DNA from: Camelus dromedarius
Taxonomy: Eukaryota
Assembly (NCBI RefSeq): GCF_036321535.1
Contig: NC_087438.1
Location: forward strand, 10,728,001 to 10,792,000
Reading direction: 5' to 3'
Length of the DNA: 64,000 bases
A program made the translations under genes and the position numbers. Below are positions 47,801-61,284 of the stretch, piece after piece. How positions within the stretch are numbered: the first letter of the stretch is position 1; each line of letters starts with the position of its first letter. The notes below the pieces were generated by a model, which saw nothing but the letters and a program-made list of their open reading frames with translations, made no database searches and had not been told where the DNA came from.

Positions 47801-50550
47801 TACAATAATGACTGTTAATTTTAGTATCAGAATTATAGTGAACCGTCAGTTCATCAGATTCTATCTTATGAAGTTGACAGCAACAACTAACACAATGACA
47901 AGAACTACTGAGTGAGGTTCTAAAGCAACCTCGCTCTGTTCTCTTGGGTGGCTATTGGTGGCTGACAATACCAGAGTCAGCGGATCATCCCGTAGACCAT
48001 GTGATGGAACAAAAATGATCCTGTAAGTAATTAGGCAGCTTTGATTTTTGTTTTGCAGATTCTTCCTCCTTTTAACTCAACAAGGGATAACGTCCACCAT
48101 AGCTTTTCTTCTTGAAGAAGGACAGCATGGGGAGAATGAAGGGTGAAGAGAAACCAGCATTACAAGTAGCTCAAGTTTGTAGGCTGACCCACTGGGGACT
48201 CCCAAGAAGGTCTGTTGGTTCGCCAAAGAGTGTGACCCCCAAGTGAAATTTGAGTGCTTCTGTTGAGTTACTTCTTTCCTTCTGGAGGCCAGGGGCAAAT
48301 TCCTGATACTCCTCCCCTCTAGATTCTTAGTTCTTTGATTTTCTTCCCATTGTAAATTGTCTACCAGACACTATCTCAGTCCAGACCCATAACCAGCTGA
48401 ACCAACGCTTCCTAGAAGATGACTATGATGACTCTTTTCAGCTGGTAGAGTTAGAGGATCCTGTTTTTCCTCCATAGCCAATATTTCCCTTATCACGAAG
48501 ACTTGTATTCAAATGGTATTATTTCTTTTTAGAGCCAAACGTATTTCTCATTTCATATTGTCAGATGATCTGATTACTTCTGAGCACCATCCCTCGGCAG
48601 GGGAAAGAGCAGATAAACTGAAGCCCACTGTGCTTAAGTGACTCTCCAGGATCTCATGATGAGTCAGGAAACCAGACAGGAATAGAAGCCACGACTCTAG
48701 CCTCCCAAACTGTTTTTCTGACCACCAGACCACACTTCCTCTCCAGACTATGAAACACTGGAAAATGGGAGTCAGGCAGAGAGTAAATATGGAGGCAAAC
48801 CCACAGAAACACAATTTTACTTGTACCCAAATCATGTCATTTAGCAAAGGAAAACAGAAAAACACCCCAGTCTCTTTGCTGTCATCAAAATTATAACCTA
48901 AACCCATAAGGGATATAGAATAGGAAATGAGTCTGCCCTAAATTGACATACTTTTTCCGTTTAAAATGAATTTGAAAAGATTGTCCATCTTTCAGTCCTG
49001 ATGTGTTTTTCCCTTATGCAAAAGGAGAACCTAAGCATTCAGAATAGGTTTTATTTAGGTTCAAGTGCATATAAATAAAATACCTGTATTATTCTTATTC
49101 TTTACATGATCAAGACTTTAATTACTACTTATTGCGTGTTTAAGGCTTTGTGGGAGCAATAGGCTTATTAGACATAGTCACTGTCTATAAACTTAATATT
49201 TAGTTGGACAGAGACCGTATATACCCATGAAGAACTGAAGGCAGTTGGTGATGAATACCAAATGAGCAGGAGTGATTGAGAAGCGGTGCCTGAAGTGCAA
49301 AGCTGGAATCACAAAGCAACATTTCATGAAGACTTGGGTTTGAGTCTCAACTGTATCACTCGTTAACTCTTGGACAAATCAGATTCTATGCATCGACAAG
49401 AGGCGACAGCCATTGCCTGGCTGTCTTCCAACAGCGTTGGTGTGTAGACCAACATGAGACAATGCATGTAAAATGGGCTGTGAGCTGGAAGATTAAAATG
49501 TGGGAGGAATTCAGATCGTAGGCGTTGTCAGAATCAGGCCAGGGTTGCACAGGTAGGCCTTTCTCCTTTGTTTCTGGAGTCCTCAGTGATACAGTTTTCA
49601 AGGGCTACATAGCCTGCCCAAATGGAAATTAAAACAAGAAATTAAAAGCAGGGTCCCTTTGAAATTGTTTTTGGCTATGAAAATAGAAAATAACATAATA
49701 TTTCCCCTTTGGCAAATAGCTCCCTGCCGCATCCCTTTGGAATACGGGCGAGTGAGAGAGCAGAACACCTGCGTGAAATCAGCTGACGACGGTTGTGTAG
49801 AGAGAACTTTTCCATTTGGAGGAGGAAGACATGCAACTCAGAGGAGCCAGGTCCTCTGTCCCGTGGGACACAGAATGCCAAAGCCTTGCCCACCTGTGGT
49901 TCCCAGGAAGCAACAGCATTTCATCACCCAGACTATGTGGCAACCAACTGGAATCCTTGAATGACCCTTCCATGGAAACAAGCCTGACACTGTGTTCAGG
50001 GCTTCCATCTGTGGGTGAAACTGGGTATTGTTGAGATGGGAAACTTGAGAAAAGGCAGGAATTGACTTTTAAAATTAGGCAGAGAAAATTGACCGTAATT
50101 ATTGTTCAGTTAGAGCCCGTGAGGACATTTTAATTCCAGGAGGTCATGTGAGTTTTCTTAATCCAGGAACCAATTAATTGTAAAACTCTTGTCTAAGAGT
50201 CTTTATTAATCTCTGTATCAAGTCATTCTTTTACAGCAATAATTCATTACCTTTTACACTGAGCAAAAAATGTAGATTTCTGCTGTTGACTGTGTGACCT
50301 CAATTATGAAATCAAAAGACAGCTATTTAAAATTGTCTTCTATCTAAAATACAGCCATTAGAATACAATCCCTGTCTTTCTCTCGGGGTCATGCATGGCC
50401 TAATGTAAGTAACACTGTAGAGTCCCTGTGCCAGAAGTAGAATAATAGGCAACTTTTAGACCATAATGCTCTGGCGCCAGCCAGCCCTCAGGCGCATCAT
50501 TTTTGATTGTGAAATTTATAGGAAAAGCTTTGTGGGTGGTTGTAATATAT

Positions 50551-50569
50551 TAGCACCACCTAGTGGTGA
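50551..50569 (-). promoter_or_regulatory. CTCF binding motif
   Basis: Minus strand TCACCACTAGGTGGTGCTA versus consensus TGGCCACCAGGGGGCGCTA; unique sequence. Confidence 0.65.
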
Positions 50570-50828
50570 TGGGCAGAGCTGCCTTTCTTCACTCCCCAGG
50601 ACCCCACCTCCATCAAATTACTGCCCAAGCACGGCTGACGGAACTCTATTTATAGTCTTTTATCTAATTTTGTGGCCACTTTCCACTTTGAAAGTTAAAG
50701 GTGCTGCACAACTGGGGTAAAAAGATGAAGAAATGTACAAACTATTATAATAATAGTAATAATACTAATAATCAATAATTTATTGAACACTAACATGATA
50801 GGCTGTAGTAAGTGCTATGTTTTGTTTT

Positions 50829-51135
50829 AATTTTTTTAAATTGAAATGTAGTCAGTTATAATGTGTCAATCTCTGGTGTACAGCATAATGTCCCAGTCAT
50901 GCATATACATACATATTATTCATTTCCACATTCTTTTTCATTAAAGGTTATAACAAGATACTGAATTTGGTTCCCTGTGCTACACAGAAGAAATTTGTTT
51001 TTTATCTATTTTTCTATATAGTAGCTAATATTTACAAATCTCAAACTCTCCAATGTATCCCTTTCCACCCCCTCTCCCCCCATAAGATTGTTTACTGTGT
51101 CTGCAAGTCTGTTTCTGTTTTGTAGATGAGTTTAT
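50829..51135 (-). mobile_element. L1 3' end nested in a minus-strand MIR (about 50770-51270)
   Basis: ttgaaatgtagtcagttataatgtgtcaatctctggtgtacagc; MIR core cccattttgcaggtgaggaaacaga downstream. Confidence 0.85.
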
Positions 51136-51439
51136 TTTTATAATCCTTTTAGTCAATCCTCACAAGACCAGTGAGGTAGATTTTATTCTTACTTTCCCAT
51201 TTTGCAGGTGAGGAAACAGACAGAGCGCTCAAGTAACTGGCCTTGGTTACATACCTGGTATTTAGAGGCTTTAGGTATTTCCTTGTCTCACTGACATTAA
51301 ATTTTCAGGTGTTTTCATGTTGGTACCATCAGAAGCATCTCTGCTATGATACTATGAGTAGGTGGAGCTCAGAATTTTTCCCAAACTGAGAAAGAACCAA
51401 CAGCGAGGGAACCAGTGGGGCATACTGATTGAGAATGGG

Positions 51440-51640
51440 TGCTGCAGGGTCAGACTAGAGCTGGGTTCAAGGCACAAGCCAGCCAATTATTCCTCCTGTA
51501 TCCCTGGGCAAATTATGGTTCCACTCAGAACCTCGGTTTCCTCTTCTACGAAATGGAGATAATACTATCCTACTCATGGAGGAGGTGGCAGTGTTGGGTG
51601 AGATATGTATGCATAGATTCTGGCTCATATTGAATGAATA
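51440..51640 (+). mobile_element. MIR SINE
   Basis: gtcagactagagctgggttcaag...ctcggtttcctcttctacgaaatggagataata. Confidence 0.7.
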
Positions 51641-52764
51641 TTGAAGGGTTATGACTAGATTACTATTAAAATAATTTTTTTAGATTTTGTGGATTTCTAT
51701 TTTAATTTCTTTGAATGCTGAAATCATCCAATGATTAGAGTTTTCTGCTTCCCTCCCAAGTTATCAAAAGATTCATTTTGTGGATGGAAAATAATGAGTT
51801 AAGAAGCCTATGTCTTAAGGTTCAATAGCAAATCTGGGGTAGAATGGAAAGTAGTGTAAACTCGTTTCTAATTTGTCACATATTGTGGAAGAAAGGAGTG
51901 GCTGGTTCACAGTATATAGTGTTGCCGCCATTGGCAAGCTTGCTCACATGAGGCATCCAGAGAAGTTTCAGATGGTGGCCAATGGCTCTTCCTGTCTGGA
52001 GGGTGGCTGTGGATGGTGGAGGTTTGAGAGCAGCCCCTCTCCCCTCCCAAGGATGCACCTCTGGTCCTTGCAGAGGGCACCTGGCTTTCATTTTCAATTC
52101 TCAGGGCTCTGGGGGTCCCCATAGGTAACAGAAATCTCTCTCAGGGCTCTTTCTTCTCTGTGACTTGTCCCTGCTCGTTCAGCACAGCCTGGGGTTGCTG
52201 CTGGAGGGGCTGAGGATGGGAAGGGTGAAGAATTTTGATTAGAGGATAGAGGACCGTGTAATGGGAGGGAGTTGGACTCACAGTGGCTTATGTGAAAGAA
52301 AATCAGATTCTCCCACTGCCCAGGGTCAGCTCGGAGAGCCCGACTCCTTTCTCCTTTGCTTGGCATGACTGCAACCCTGTTCCTGTTTCTATCATCCTGC
52401 TCTTCCTATAGCTCTGAGCTCCTGGAACATAGAGAGAGGCTTGGTTAATATCATACCACCCCTAACAAACTCTCTGCCCTGCAGTCGGAGCTGCCTTTTA
52501 TAAACGAGTCTGATGATTTTACTTCCTTATCTCAAGCCACACAGTGGCTTCCACTGCTCTTACCAAATAGTGTGAAATCTGCAGCCTAACTTAGCAAGGC
52601 CATATGTGATCCAGCTCCTGCCCCTTCAGGCCTCCTGTTTACACTCCAGGTGCTTCATTTCCAGAATGTTCTAAGCTCCTTCAGACCCCAGGGCCTTTGT
52701 ACATACTGTTCCCTCCACTAGGACCATCTTCACTGGACTCCCTCTTACTTATTAATCCATAGAC

Positions 52765-52945
52765 TTGGGGTCCCAAACTTTGCCACCTGTTTGAATTGCT
52801 TAGGGAGTTGTAAAAAATTCTGATGCCCAGGCATCATCCCATACCAGTTTAATCAGAATCTCTGGAGGTGAGACCCATGGAAAAGGATTTTTGAAAGCTC
52901 CCCACGTGATTTCAATGTGCAGCCAAGTTTGCGAACCAGTTCTTA
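52765..52945. mobile_element. MER5-like hAT-Charlie element inside an L2 (about 52450-53140)
   Basis: tcccaaacttt...aatcagaatctctggagg...gatttcaatgtgcagccaagtttgcgaacca. Confidence 0.75.
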
Positions 52946-53526
52946 GATGAAGTACTTTCTCCACGTAGTTGCCTAATTTCTTAATTTTCCAGTTTAGTTT
53001 GCATCCTTCATTACGTGTTCTCATAGTTCTCTGCACATTTTGCATTTGTTGACTATGTCTCCCACCAGACTGTGTCTATTGTGTTCTCTATTCCTAGGGT
53101 GTGGCTCGGGGCTTGGCACGTAGGAGGACCGGATGAAACTGGAACGTGGATGTATTAGTGTTGCCACCACCAGCGGCTGGCACTCTCCAAAGGGTAAGAG
53201 GCTGCACTTTGACTTGGCTCAGGCACCTGCATCCATGTGTTGAGTCAATGAAACAGCTGCTGAGAAGAGGAGGGCGCCCTGCTGGGAAGTGCCCACAATT
53301 CCATTATCTGGGGAGAGTGTTTCCCTGCCTTTGGAAATGCTTCGATTTCTGGGTCACAGCAAGAACCAGAATTATCAGGGCTTATATCTGATCATTGGGC
53401 AGTCCTCCCACAAAGGATTTGCCTATTAACTTACTTATAATTAATTGTCTTCTGGAGTGAATATTTACCAAGAAAAACATTCTCAATACTCAACAGTCAA
53501 AGGATATTTCCAATGACGGGTACTAA

Positions 53527-54075
53527 ATTTTTTTTTTTTGATTGAAGCACAATTGAGTTACAATTTTGTATTACTTTCAGGTGTACAACATAGTGGTACA
53601 AAATTTTTATAGATTATACTCCACTTAAAGTTATTATAAAATATTGGCTATATCCTTTGTGCTGTACAATATATCCTTGTTTAGTGTATTTATTTTATAC
53701 ATAGTAGTTTGTACCTCTCACTCTCCTACCCCATCTTGCCCCTCCCCCTTTCCTCTCCCCACTAGTCACCACTAGTTTGTTCTCTAGATCTGTGAGTCTG
53801 TTTCTTTTTTGTTATATTCACTAGTTCAATAAATGATAACAGGTTATCTGTCTTTCTCTGTCTGAATTACCTTACTAAGCGTAATACCCTCCAGGTCCCT
53901 CTATGTTGTTTCACATTGCAAAATTTCATTCTTTTTTTATGGCTGAGTAGTATCCATTTTGTATATATATACACACATGAAGTCTTCTTTATCCATTCAT
54001 CTGCTAATGGACACTTAGGTTGCTTCTATACCTTGGCTATTATAAATAATGCAGCTAATGAACATTGGGGTGCAA
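53527..54075 (-). mobile_element. L1 3' end
   Basis: T tail then ttcaggtgtacaacatagtgg...atgaacattggggtgca; similar to 6815-7243. Confidence 0.9.
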
Positions 54076-55420
54076 ACCATTTCTCAAATTGACCATGTAT
54101 TTCTTGGTGAATATTCACTGGTATGGACTATGAACAAAAAATAAATTAATAGAGCAATATATTAGCATAAGAGCAGACTAACAGTATCAATATAGCCATA
54201 GAATGTACTTCATGGAGACCAGAAATGAGTTTAGTTTATGGCCTCCAATACACTATATTGAGGGATAACCTAGATACGATGTCAGAAGGATAAAAAAATT
54301 AAAGACATGGTGTCCGTGTAAAATGCACTCTATAATCAAAGCACAGTGACAGGACAATCCTGACATCCATCTCAATGCTTCACTTTTTCTTTTTTGCATT
54401 CACTTCTACAGATTTGTTTCATTATATCACAAACAGGGAAAAATATCTTATTGAAAGGGAATGTAAGAAGATGCAACATCTAATGAATGGAAATCTGAAC
54501 TAGAATCTACCAATAGATTTTGCATCTAACTTTTTCTGCAGCTGTGGATGACTCATTTTAGTGTCTCAGTTTCTCCACCCTTAGAATGAGAGTAATAAAA
54601 TTTGCCGTTAATTAAAGTCTCTATTTTTTTTTAACTGTTTGGGAAGTTGGGTCCAATGGAAAAATGAAATACTTGAGGATATGACTTAGCCTGTGCTAGG
54701 AATTTTATAGGCAGTTCACCAAGGATTTTTTTCCAAGTGATTTGCACGATACGCAAAATGTATTTTAAGCTGAATGCCTTGGACTGAAAGCCATGCACAA
54801 TAACCTGTCCCAAAAGCAATTATCACATCAAGACACACCCGTTGGGATTCAACGTTCCTATTTAAAGTCTGTCCAGACATCACAGCCCACATGTATAATG
54901 GCTTTGGCAGAAGAGTGAGAGCCAGCATTGGCGGGAGCCTCGTTTAACTGAGCAGGAAATAGACGTTTTCCGAACCAAAGTTTTGAAAGTTGAGAAATAC
55001 CTATTTTGTGAGCAGAATTTACGGCCTCATTCCTACGAGAAGAAGAAGTAAAAGCAAATGGACGACACTTAATTCCATAAAGAAGTCACAGCTCTGGAGC
55101 CCGTTTTCCAATGGGACCTGAGGGTGTTTGTGGAACAAATGAGCATCTAAAAATATTTCGATCTCTTTAGATCCCTGAGATTTCAAGTATAACATTCAAT
55201 TCAGGCACTGATTTTTCAAGAGGTCTTTGCTTCCTCCTCTTGTTTTCTGGGTTAGAAGCTCCTTTGTGAATGCTGGTTACTGGGTTTCCATATTGTTTTG
55301 GAACTGTCCTTTTCGCCATTAGATTGTGAGTTATTGATGGATGACCATGGATGCTGCTTATTCATCTTTGTTCCTGTTGTAATCAGCACAATTTGAACAA
55401 GAATCAATCTTGTTCAAGAG

Positions 55421-56537
55421 TGGGACCTAATTAAACTTACAAGCCTTTGCACGGCAAAGGAAACCATAAGTAAAACAAAAAGACAACCTATGCAATGGGA
55501 GAAAATATTTGCAAATGATGCAGCTAACAAAGGTTTAATTTCTATATAAACTGCTCATACAACTTAATAACAAAAACAACCAAACAGCCCAATCCAAAAA
55601 TGGGCGGAAGACCTAAACAAGCAATTCTCTGATGAAGACATACAAATGGCCAATAGGCACGTGAAATAATGCTCAGTATCACTAACTGTCAGAGAAATGC
55701 AAACCAAAACTACAGTGAGGTATCACCTCACACGAGTCAGAATGGCCAGCATTAAAAAGTCCACAAACGATAAATGCTAGAGAGGGTGTAGTGAAGATGG
55801 AACCCTCCTGCACTGTAGGTGGGAATGTAGTTTGGTGCAGCTGTTAAGGAAAACAGTATGGAGGTTCTTTAAAGGACTAAAAACAGACTTACCATATGAT
55901 CCGGCAATCCCACTCCTGGGCATATATCTCGAGGGAACTCTAATTTGAAAAGATACACACACCCCAATGTTCATAGTAGCACTATATACAAGAGCTGAGA
56001 CATGGAAACTGCCTAAATGTCCATCGACAGATGACTGGATGAAGAAGCGGTGGTATATTTATAAGATGCAATACTATTCAGCCATAAAAAAGAATAAAAT
56101 AATTCCATTTGCAGCAACATGGATGGACCTGTAGATCATCATTCTAAGTGAAGTAAGCCAGGAAGAGAAAGAAAAAACCACATGATAGCACTCATACGTG
56201 GAATCAAAAAAAGAAAAAAGAAGACACTAATGTACTCATCTACAACACAGAAACAGATTCACAGACATAGTAAACAAACTTATGGTTACCGGGGCAAAGT
56301 GGGTGGGAAGGGATAGACTGGGAGTTTGAGATTTGCAAATATTAACTACTATGTATAAACTAGATAAACAACACGTTTCTTCTGTACAGCACAGGAAACT
56401 ATATTCAATATCTTGTAGTAACCTATAATGAAAAAGAATACAGAAAGGAATATATGTATGTACATGTATGGCTGAAACATTAGGCTGTACACCAGAAATT
56501 GACACACTGTAAACTGACTATACCTCAATTAAAAAAG
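55421..56537 (+). mobile_element. Lineage-specific L1, about 1.1 kb of ORF2 C-terminus plus 3' UTR
   Basis: tgggacctaattaaacttacaagcc...gtacaccagaaattgacacactgtaaactgactatacctcaattaaaaaa; reverse-complement homologue of about 35250-36355. Confidence 0.93.
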
Positions 56538-58699
56538 AAGAGAGATGATTGCTACATCAATTGACAAAGGAACGAGTACTGTCATCACCATTACAGGCCT
56601 GGTACGGTATAGGTGGTGATACTTGGAATCCAAGCAAGAAAAGCTAGTCAAGGGCCACTCTTGTTTGTGCATGACTAAATTGCACCAGGATCTTGCGTCA
56701 TCGGAGGGCTGAGTGTTTGGCGTGTCAGGAAGCGCTGTGGTTCCATTTGGCCAGTGGATTTTGGCAGTATTGGGTTCTTGTTGCCTGCTGCAGTGATGCA
56801 GGGAGGCAGGGAGGAGGGCGGAGGGAAGCCCCAAGTAATTTCTCAGTAATAAAAGCCTGTCTTCTTCAAAGGCTTCTCTTTCCTTACCTCTCAGAGAAAA
56901 TACTACCTTAACACATCATTCCCTAATTCTCCTTCAAAGAGGAGAGAGACACAGAAAATTGCTTAACAGAGATGGCCAAGAGTTATGCTGGTTCAGTGTG
57001 ATTCCAGAGGAAAAGCTGTCTTGGCTCAAGGCCCAGGTGGCCTTCAGTTTTTCTGTGCAAGATGCTCTTAGGAAATCTGAGAGTTATGGGTGGAATGTTT
57101 AGACCAACCAGGCACGTCCGCAGGTGGGTAGGGGGAATCCCAGGTCAGAGCCAGGCGCTTGATGCGATAATCAGAGGTGGTTTGCTGAGGCCTGGAGGAA
57201 AGGTGCAGAATCCTGCAAAACCATGATGTGAATTTGAGAAAGGAGATCTAAGTTAAAATAAAAAAGCAGCAAAGATGACTTGGTTTTTTGAGCAAAGAAG
57301 TGTGATGTGTAATTCCACACCCCCTCCAGGAAAGCTCAAATTAGCTTAAAAAAAAAAAGAATGATTTACATTGCAATGATGCACAAAATTATTCCAGTCC
57401 TTAAAATACTGAGGTAAAGTTTTGTAAGAGAAGAGTGCCTTTATTTGAAACTGTTGTTCCCCCTAACTATACAGAAATAGGTGACTTTATATAATAATAG
57501 TGGAAATGCCCACTTGACAGCCAAGAAGAGACCCTTCAGCTCAGCCTTCTCTGTGGTGACTCAGCTCCCATGGCCTGGGACCCAAGGAACTCTCTGCCCC
57601 TGTCCACAGTTACTTTCCAAAACCCTGCAATGTTCACTGAAGGGATAAATAAAACCTAATATCAGCAGCTAAACTATTTGCTCATAAAAAGATATCTATT
57701 GAGTAGAAGATTTAAAAAGCCTCCACTGAAATGTCCTTGTGGCAACAATAAAGAGTAATTTAATTTCTGTGCTCATATTGCAGCCTCCTTTTTATCAACT
57801 TTATTTTTTAGGTCCAGTTCTTCTCCCCAATCAAGCAGCGAAAAGTAGGACAAAACAGGACCTCAGCCAGCTTGCTTTATACATCTAAGATATGAACCTC
57901 CACTCAGAGTATGGGATTTCCTTACAGAAATGTATTGGGGCCACGGCAATAAAATATCTTAAAATTTTTTCGCTAATCTCTACTGTGTATCAGGCACCAC
58001 CCTAAATATCTTGTGTTTCATTTGTTCTTCTTCCCCACAAGCCCTTGAGAGGTGTTGCAAATCTGGACACGTTACAGACGTCCAGATACGGAAACTGGCT
58101 CAGAGAGAAATCTGCCCGGGACACGTGTCATGGTTTGTCGGTAGAGATGCTGAGATTTGAACGGAGGTCTGGTAGCCATCAAAGCTCGAGTTCGCACCCA
58201 CTTCAGTATCGTGCCTTCCATCAGGGAAGCCCTACGTGGGGCCCAAAACATGTTTATAAGAGTCTGCACTCTAATTTAGAAACCAAACCCAAATGCAAAA
58301 CAATCCGTGCGCCTGAGAACAAGCCGCGCGATATCTCCGCTTCCCCACCGCCGATCTGCAAACCAGCTCCAAGCGAATTCCAAGCTACTTTAGGGGCCAT
58401 GCTTTTTCTTCCCGGAATATTTACAAATAGAATCACTGGAGGCCTAAGGCATTCGAGGAATTTACATGTTTGTGCTTCTCATAAAGATGGGGAAGCATTG
58501 GATTTCCATGATGGACACGGATGGAGGGAGGTGGAAGGAAGATAAGGGCCGAGGAGGAGGGGGCAGGAGGAGTTTGAGGTGTCAAGGCCTGAGCTCCTTT
58601 CTTCCTTCCTAACTTGGAAAGTGAAATTAGGGAGATGGATTGATGGGCATGAGGTCCCCACGGAGCTCTTTTCAAAATGAGATGATTCCTAATTTAATT

Positions 58700-58912
58700 A
58701 GGAGTTTGGAATTTGCGGATACAAACGCCTATGTAGAAAATAAATAAACAGCAAAGTCCTACTGTGTAGCACAGGGAATTATAGTCATTATCTTGTAATA
58801 ATCTATAACTAAAAAGAATATGAAAAAGGATACATATATATGTAGAACTGAGTCACTATGCTGTACACCAGAAATTAACACATCAAAAATCAACTGTGCT
58901 TTGATTTTAAAA
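58700..58912 (+). mobile_element. L1 3' end
   Basis: ggagtttggaatttgcggatacaaac...gctgtacaccagaaattaacaca. Confidence 0.85.
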
Positions 58913-59139
58913 AATGACATTACTGAGTTCAACTGTGTTTTAAAATGTACTGCAAAGACAAGGCATGGCTTCTTTAAGAAGAGATTGTATGAAGTTTTGT
59001 CAGAACCAAAACAGCTATTGGGCCATTAAAAATGCTTAGCATTGAAACAGCTCACCTGCTGTTACTTGAAAGCGCCACTGGGAAACAACGTGCACGTTAA
59101 GATTCCACTGTTGCAAAAGGCACACATATAGCAGGACTG

Positions 59140-59498
59140 ACGCATGAATATTCTTGTAACCAAGTGCCATAGATGGAGCAGCTTCAACAGATTTGGAGGC
59201 TGGAAATCTGAGATCAAGGTGTCGATGGGGTTGGTTTTTCTTGAGGCCCCTGTTCTTGGCTTGTTAATGGCTGTCTTCTCCTTTGTTTTTACATGATCTC
59301 TCTGTGTGTGTCTGTGTCCAGAAACCCTCTCCTTGCAAGGACATCAGTCATATTGAATTGGGGTCCACCTTCATAATTTCATTTTAACTTAATCACCCCT
59401 AGAAAGATCCTGTCTCTGAATATAGTCACATTTTGAGAGACTGTGGGTTAGGGCTTCAACCGATGAATTTTGGAGAAGACCAAATTCAGCCCATAGCA
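59140..59498 (-). mobile_element. MLT1B-like MaLR LTR
   Basis: Minus strand starts tgctatgggctgaatttggtc..ccaaaattcatcggttgaagccctaaccc. Confidence 0.8.
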
Positions 59499-59729
59499 GG
59501 CATCCTGAGTGAGAAACATGGGTACCAATTCTCCCTTTGCCAGGATGATGGGCAGCACTGTCTGTGGGGCAGTGTCGTTCCGGGCAAGGAGAATTCAGTG
59601 CATCTCCCCCTCCGCTCTTGACTTTTCCAGTCCAGGAAACCTCACGTGTTGGTAAGCTGACTGGAAATCCAGTCAACTCTTGGTTCTCAGTTTTCCCAAC
59701 CCAGTTATTACAATAAAATTCTGATGTGT

Positions 59730-59925
59730 ACTTCTACTGCATAGCACAGGGAACTATATCCAATTTCTTGTAATAACGTATAACGGAAAAGAGTCTGAAA
59801 AGAAAAAATATATATCAGTATGTATATGTATATCTGAATCACTTTGCTGTACACCTGAAACTAACATTGAGTCAACTACACGTCAATAAATATATTTTTT
59901 TTAATTTTAAAAAGTTTTAAAAACT
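59730..59925 (+). mobile_element. L1 3' end
   Basis: ctactgcatagcacagggaactatatccaa...gtacacctgaaactaacatt..caataaa. Confidence 0.85.
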
Positions 59926-61284
59926 TCTTTAAAGTCATTTTGAAGGTAAAAATCCAATACTTCATAAGCATTAAAAGCAGAGGAACAAAGGAAACTAAAA
60001 GCAGGGTGGGGTAAAAATGTAGACTCGTAAATGAAGGTGTGTTCTCAAGCTACACTTCAGCAAATATTCTTCAAGGGCCTGCCGTGGCAGAGGGGCCAAG
60101 TGAGGCTCTTGAGACACAAAGAGGAAACAGAGAATTCCTGCCCTTGAGGCCCATGCGGGGAAGGACAGGGAACAGAGCGTCCTCGTGCAGCGACGTGGGC
60201 TGTCAGAGGTTTGTCCCGGTGCCATGGGAACATGAGCAGGAGCTGATGAAGCAGACCGGGACAGGTGGGCGGGAGGGCTCCAGGTGGAGGGCAGAGCACA
60301 GGTAGGGTGTGGAGGCAGGACAGGGCTTGCTGAGGAATGGGAAACATGATTGCTTTTGGCCTGGTTGGGGAAGTGAGGCTCAATGGGGAAGAGGTGATGG
60401 ACAAAGTTGGAGACAGGAAGAAGAGGTGATTAGAGAGCCATGCAGGAATAGAATCAGGGGCTTGACGACTCTTGGAAAATGAGGAATGAGAGAAAGGGAG
60501 GAATCTAGAGTGTATTCAGTGACATGTGTCTAATGAGGGTTTATTAAACTCCCACCACGTGACCGACACCATGCCAGGCGTGGAGTACGTGATGGTGGGG
60601 AAGAGAAATCAGGTTCCTGCTCTCACTAAACTAAAGTCAGGCCAAGATGCAAAGCAACTAAACACACATTCAAAGTGAAGGGAGATGAACGTGATAAGGG
60701 TGGAATGTCTTCTAGATGTGTCTCTGGGTGTTTGCTAGTAATTTTTCCCAACCGAGTCAGAAAGCCCAGAAGATAGAAAAGATAAGAGGTCTGGTTTTGG
60801 ACGTGTTGAGTTTAAGGTGGAATATGCAGAATGTAACGCATTATTTCCTGGTGCCACTGGAGAATAGGAACGCTTCCCCAAAGGGAGGCGTCTTCACATA
60901 CACGTGGTGAGCGTTACCTGGCAGTCCCTTCTCTAACCCCTGGTTTTGTAAAAGAGAGAATTTTCCGAGTTTAGTATGAAGTGAATGAAGCAGACAAAAT
61001 TACTGGCATGTGTGGAGCCTACTTTCTACTAGAAAAATATAGTTTATAAGAAAAACATGAAGATAAGTAAAAAGCAACATAATGCATGGAGGAGGAATAT
61101 GGCCTACGGTTGTAATTTTTATCAGGGTGGCGAGGGAAAGTCTTTCCTAAAAAAGGTGATTTTCAGAAAGAGCTGAAGGCATGTTTTGGAACAGACAAGA
61201 GGTGCCGGGAAGTGGCAGATGAGGAGAGGGTTTGGCCAGCGCTAGGAACCGAGGCCGATCGTCCACAGCGTCTGGGAAAAGTGG

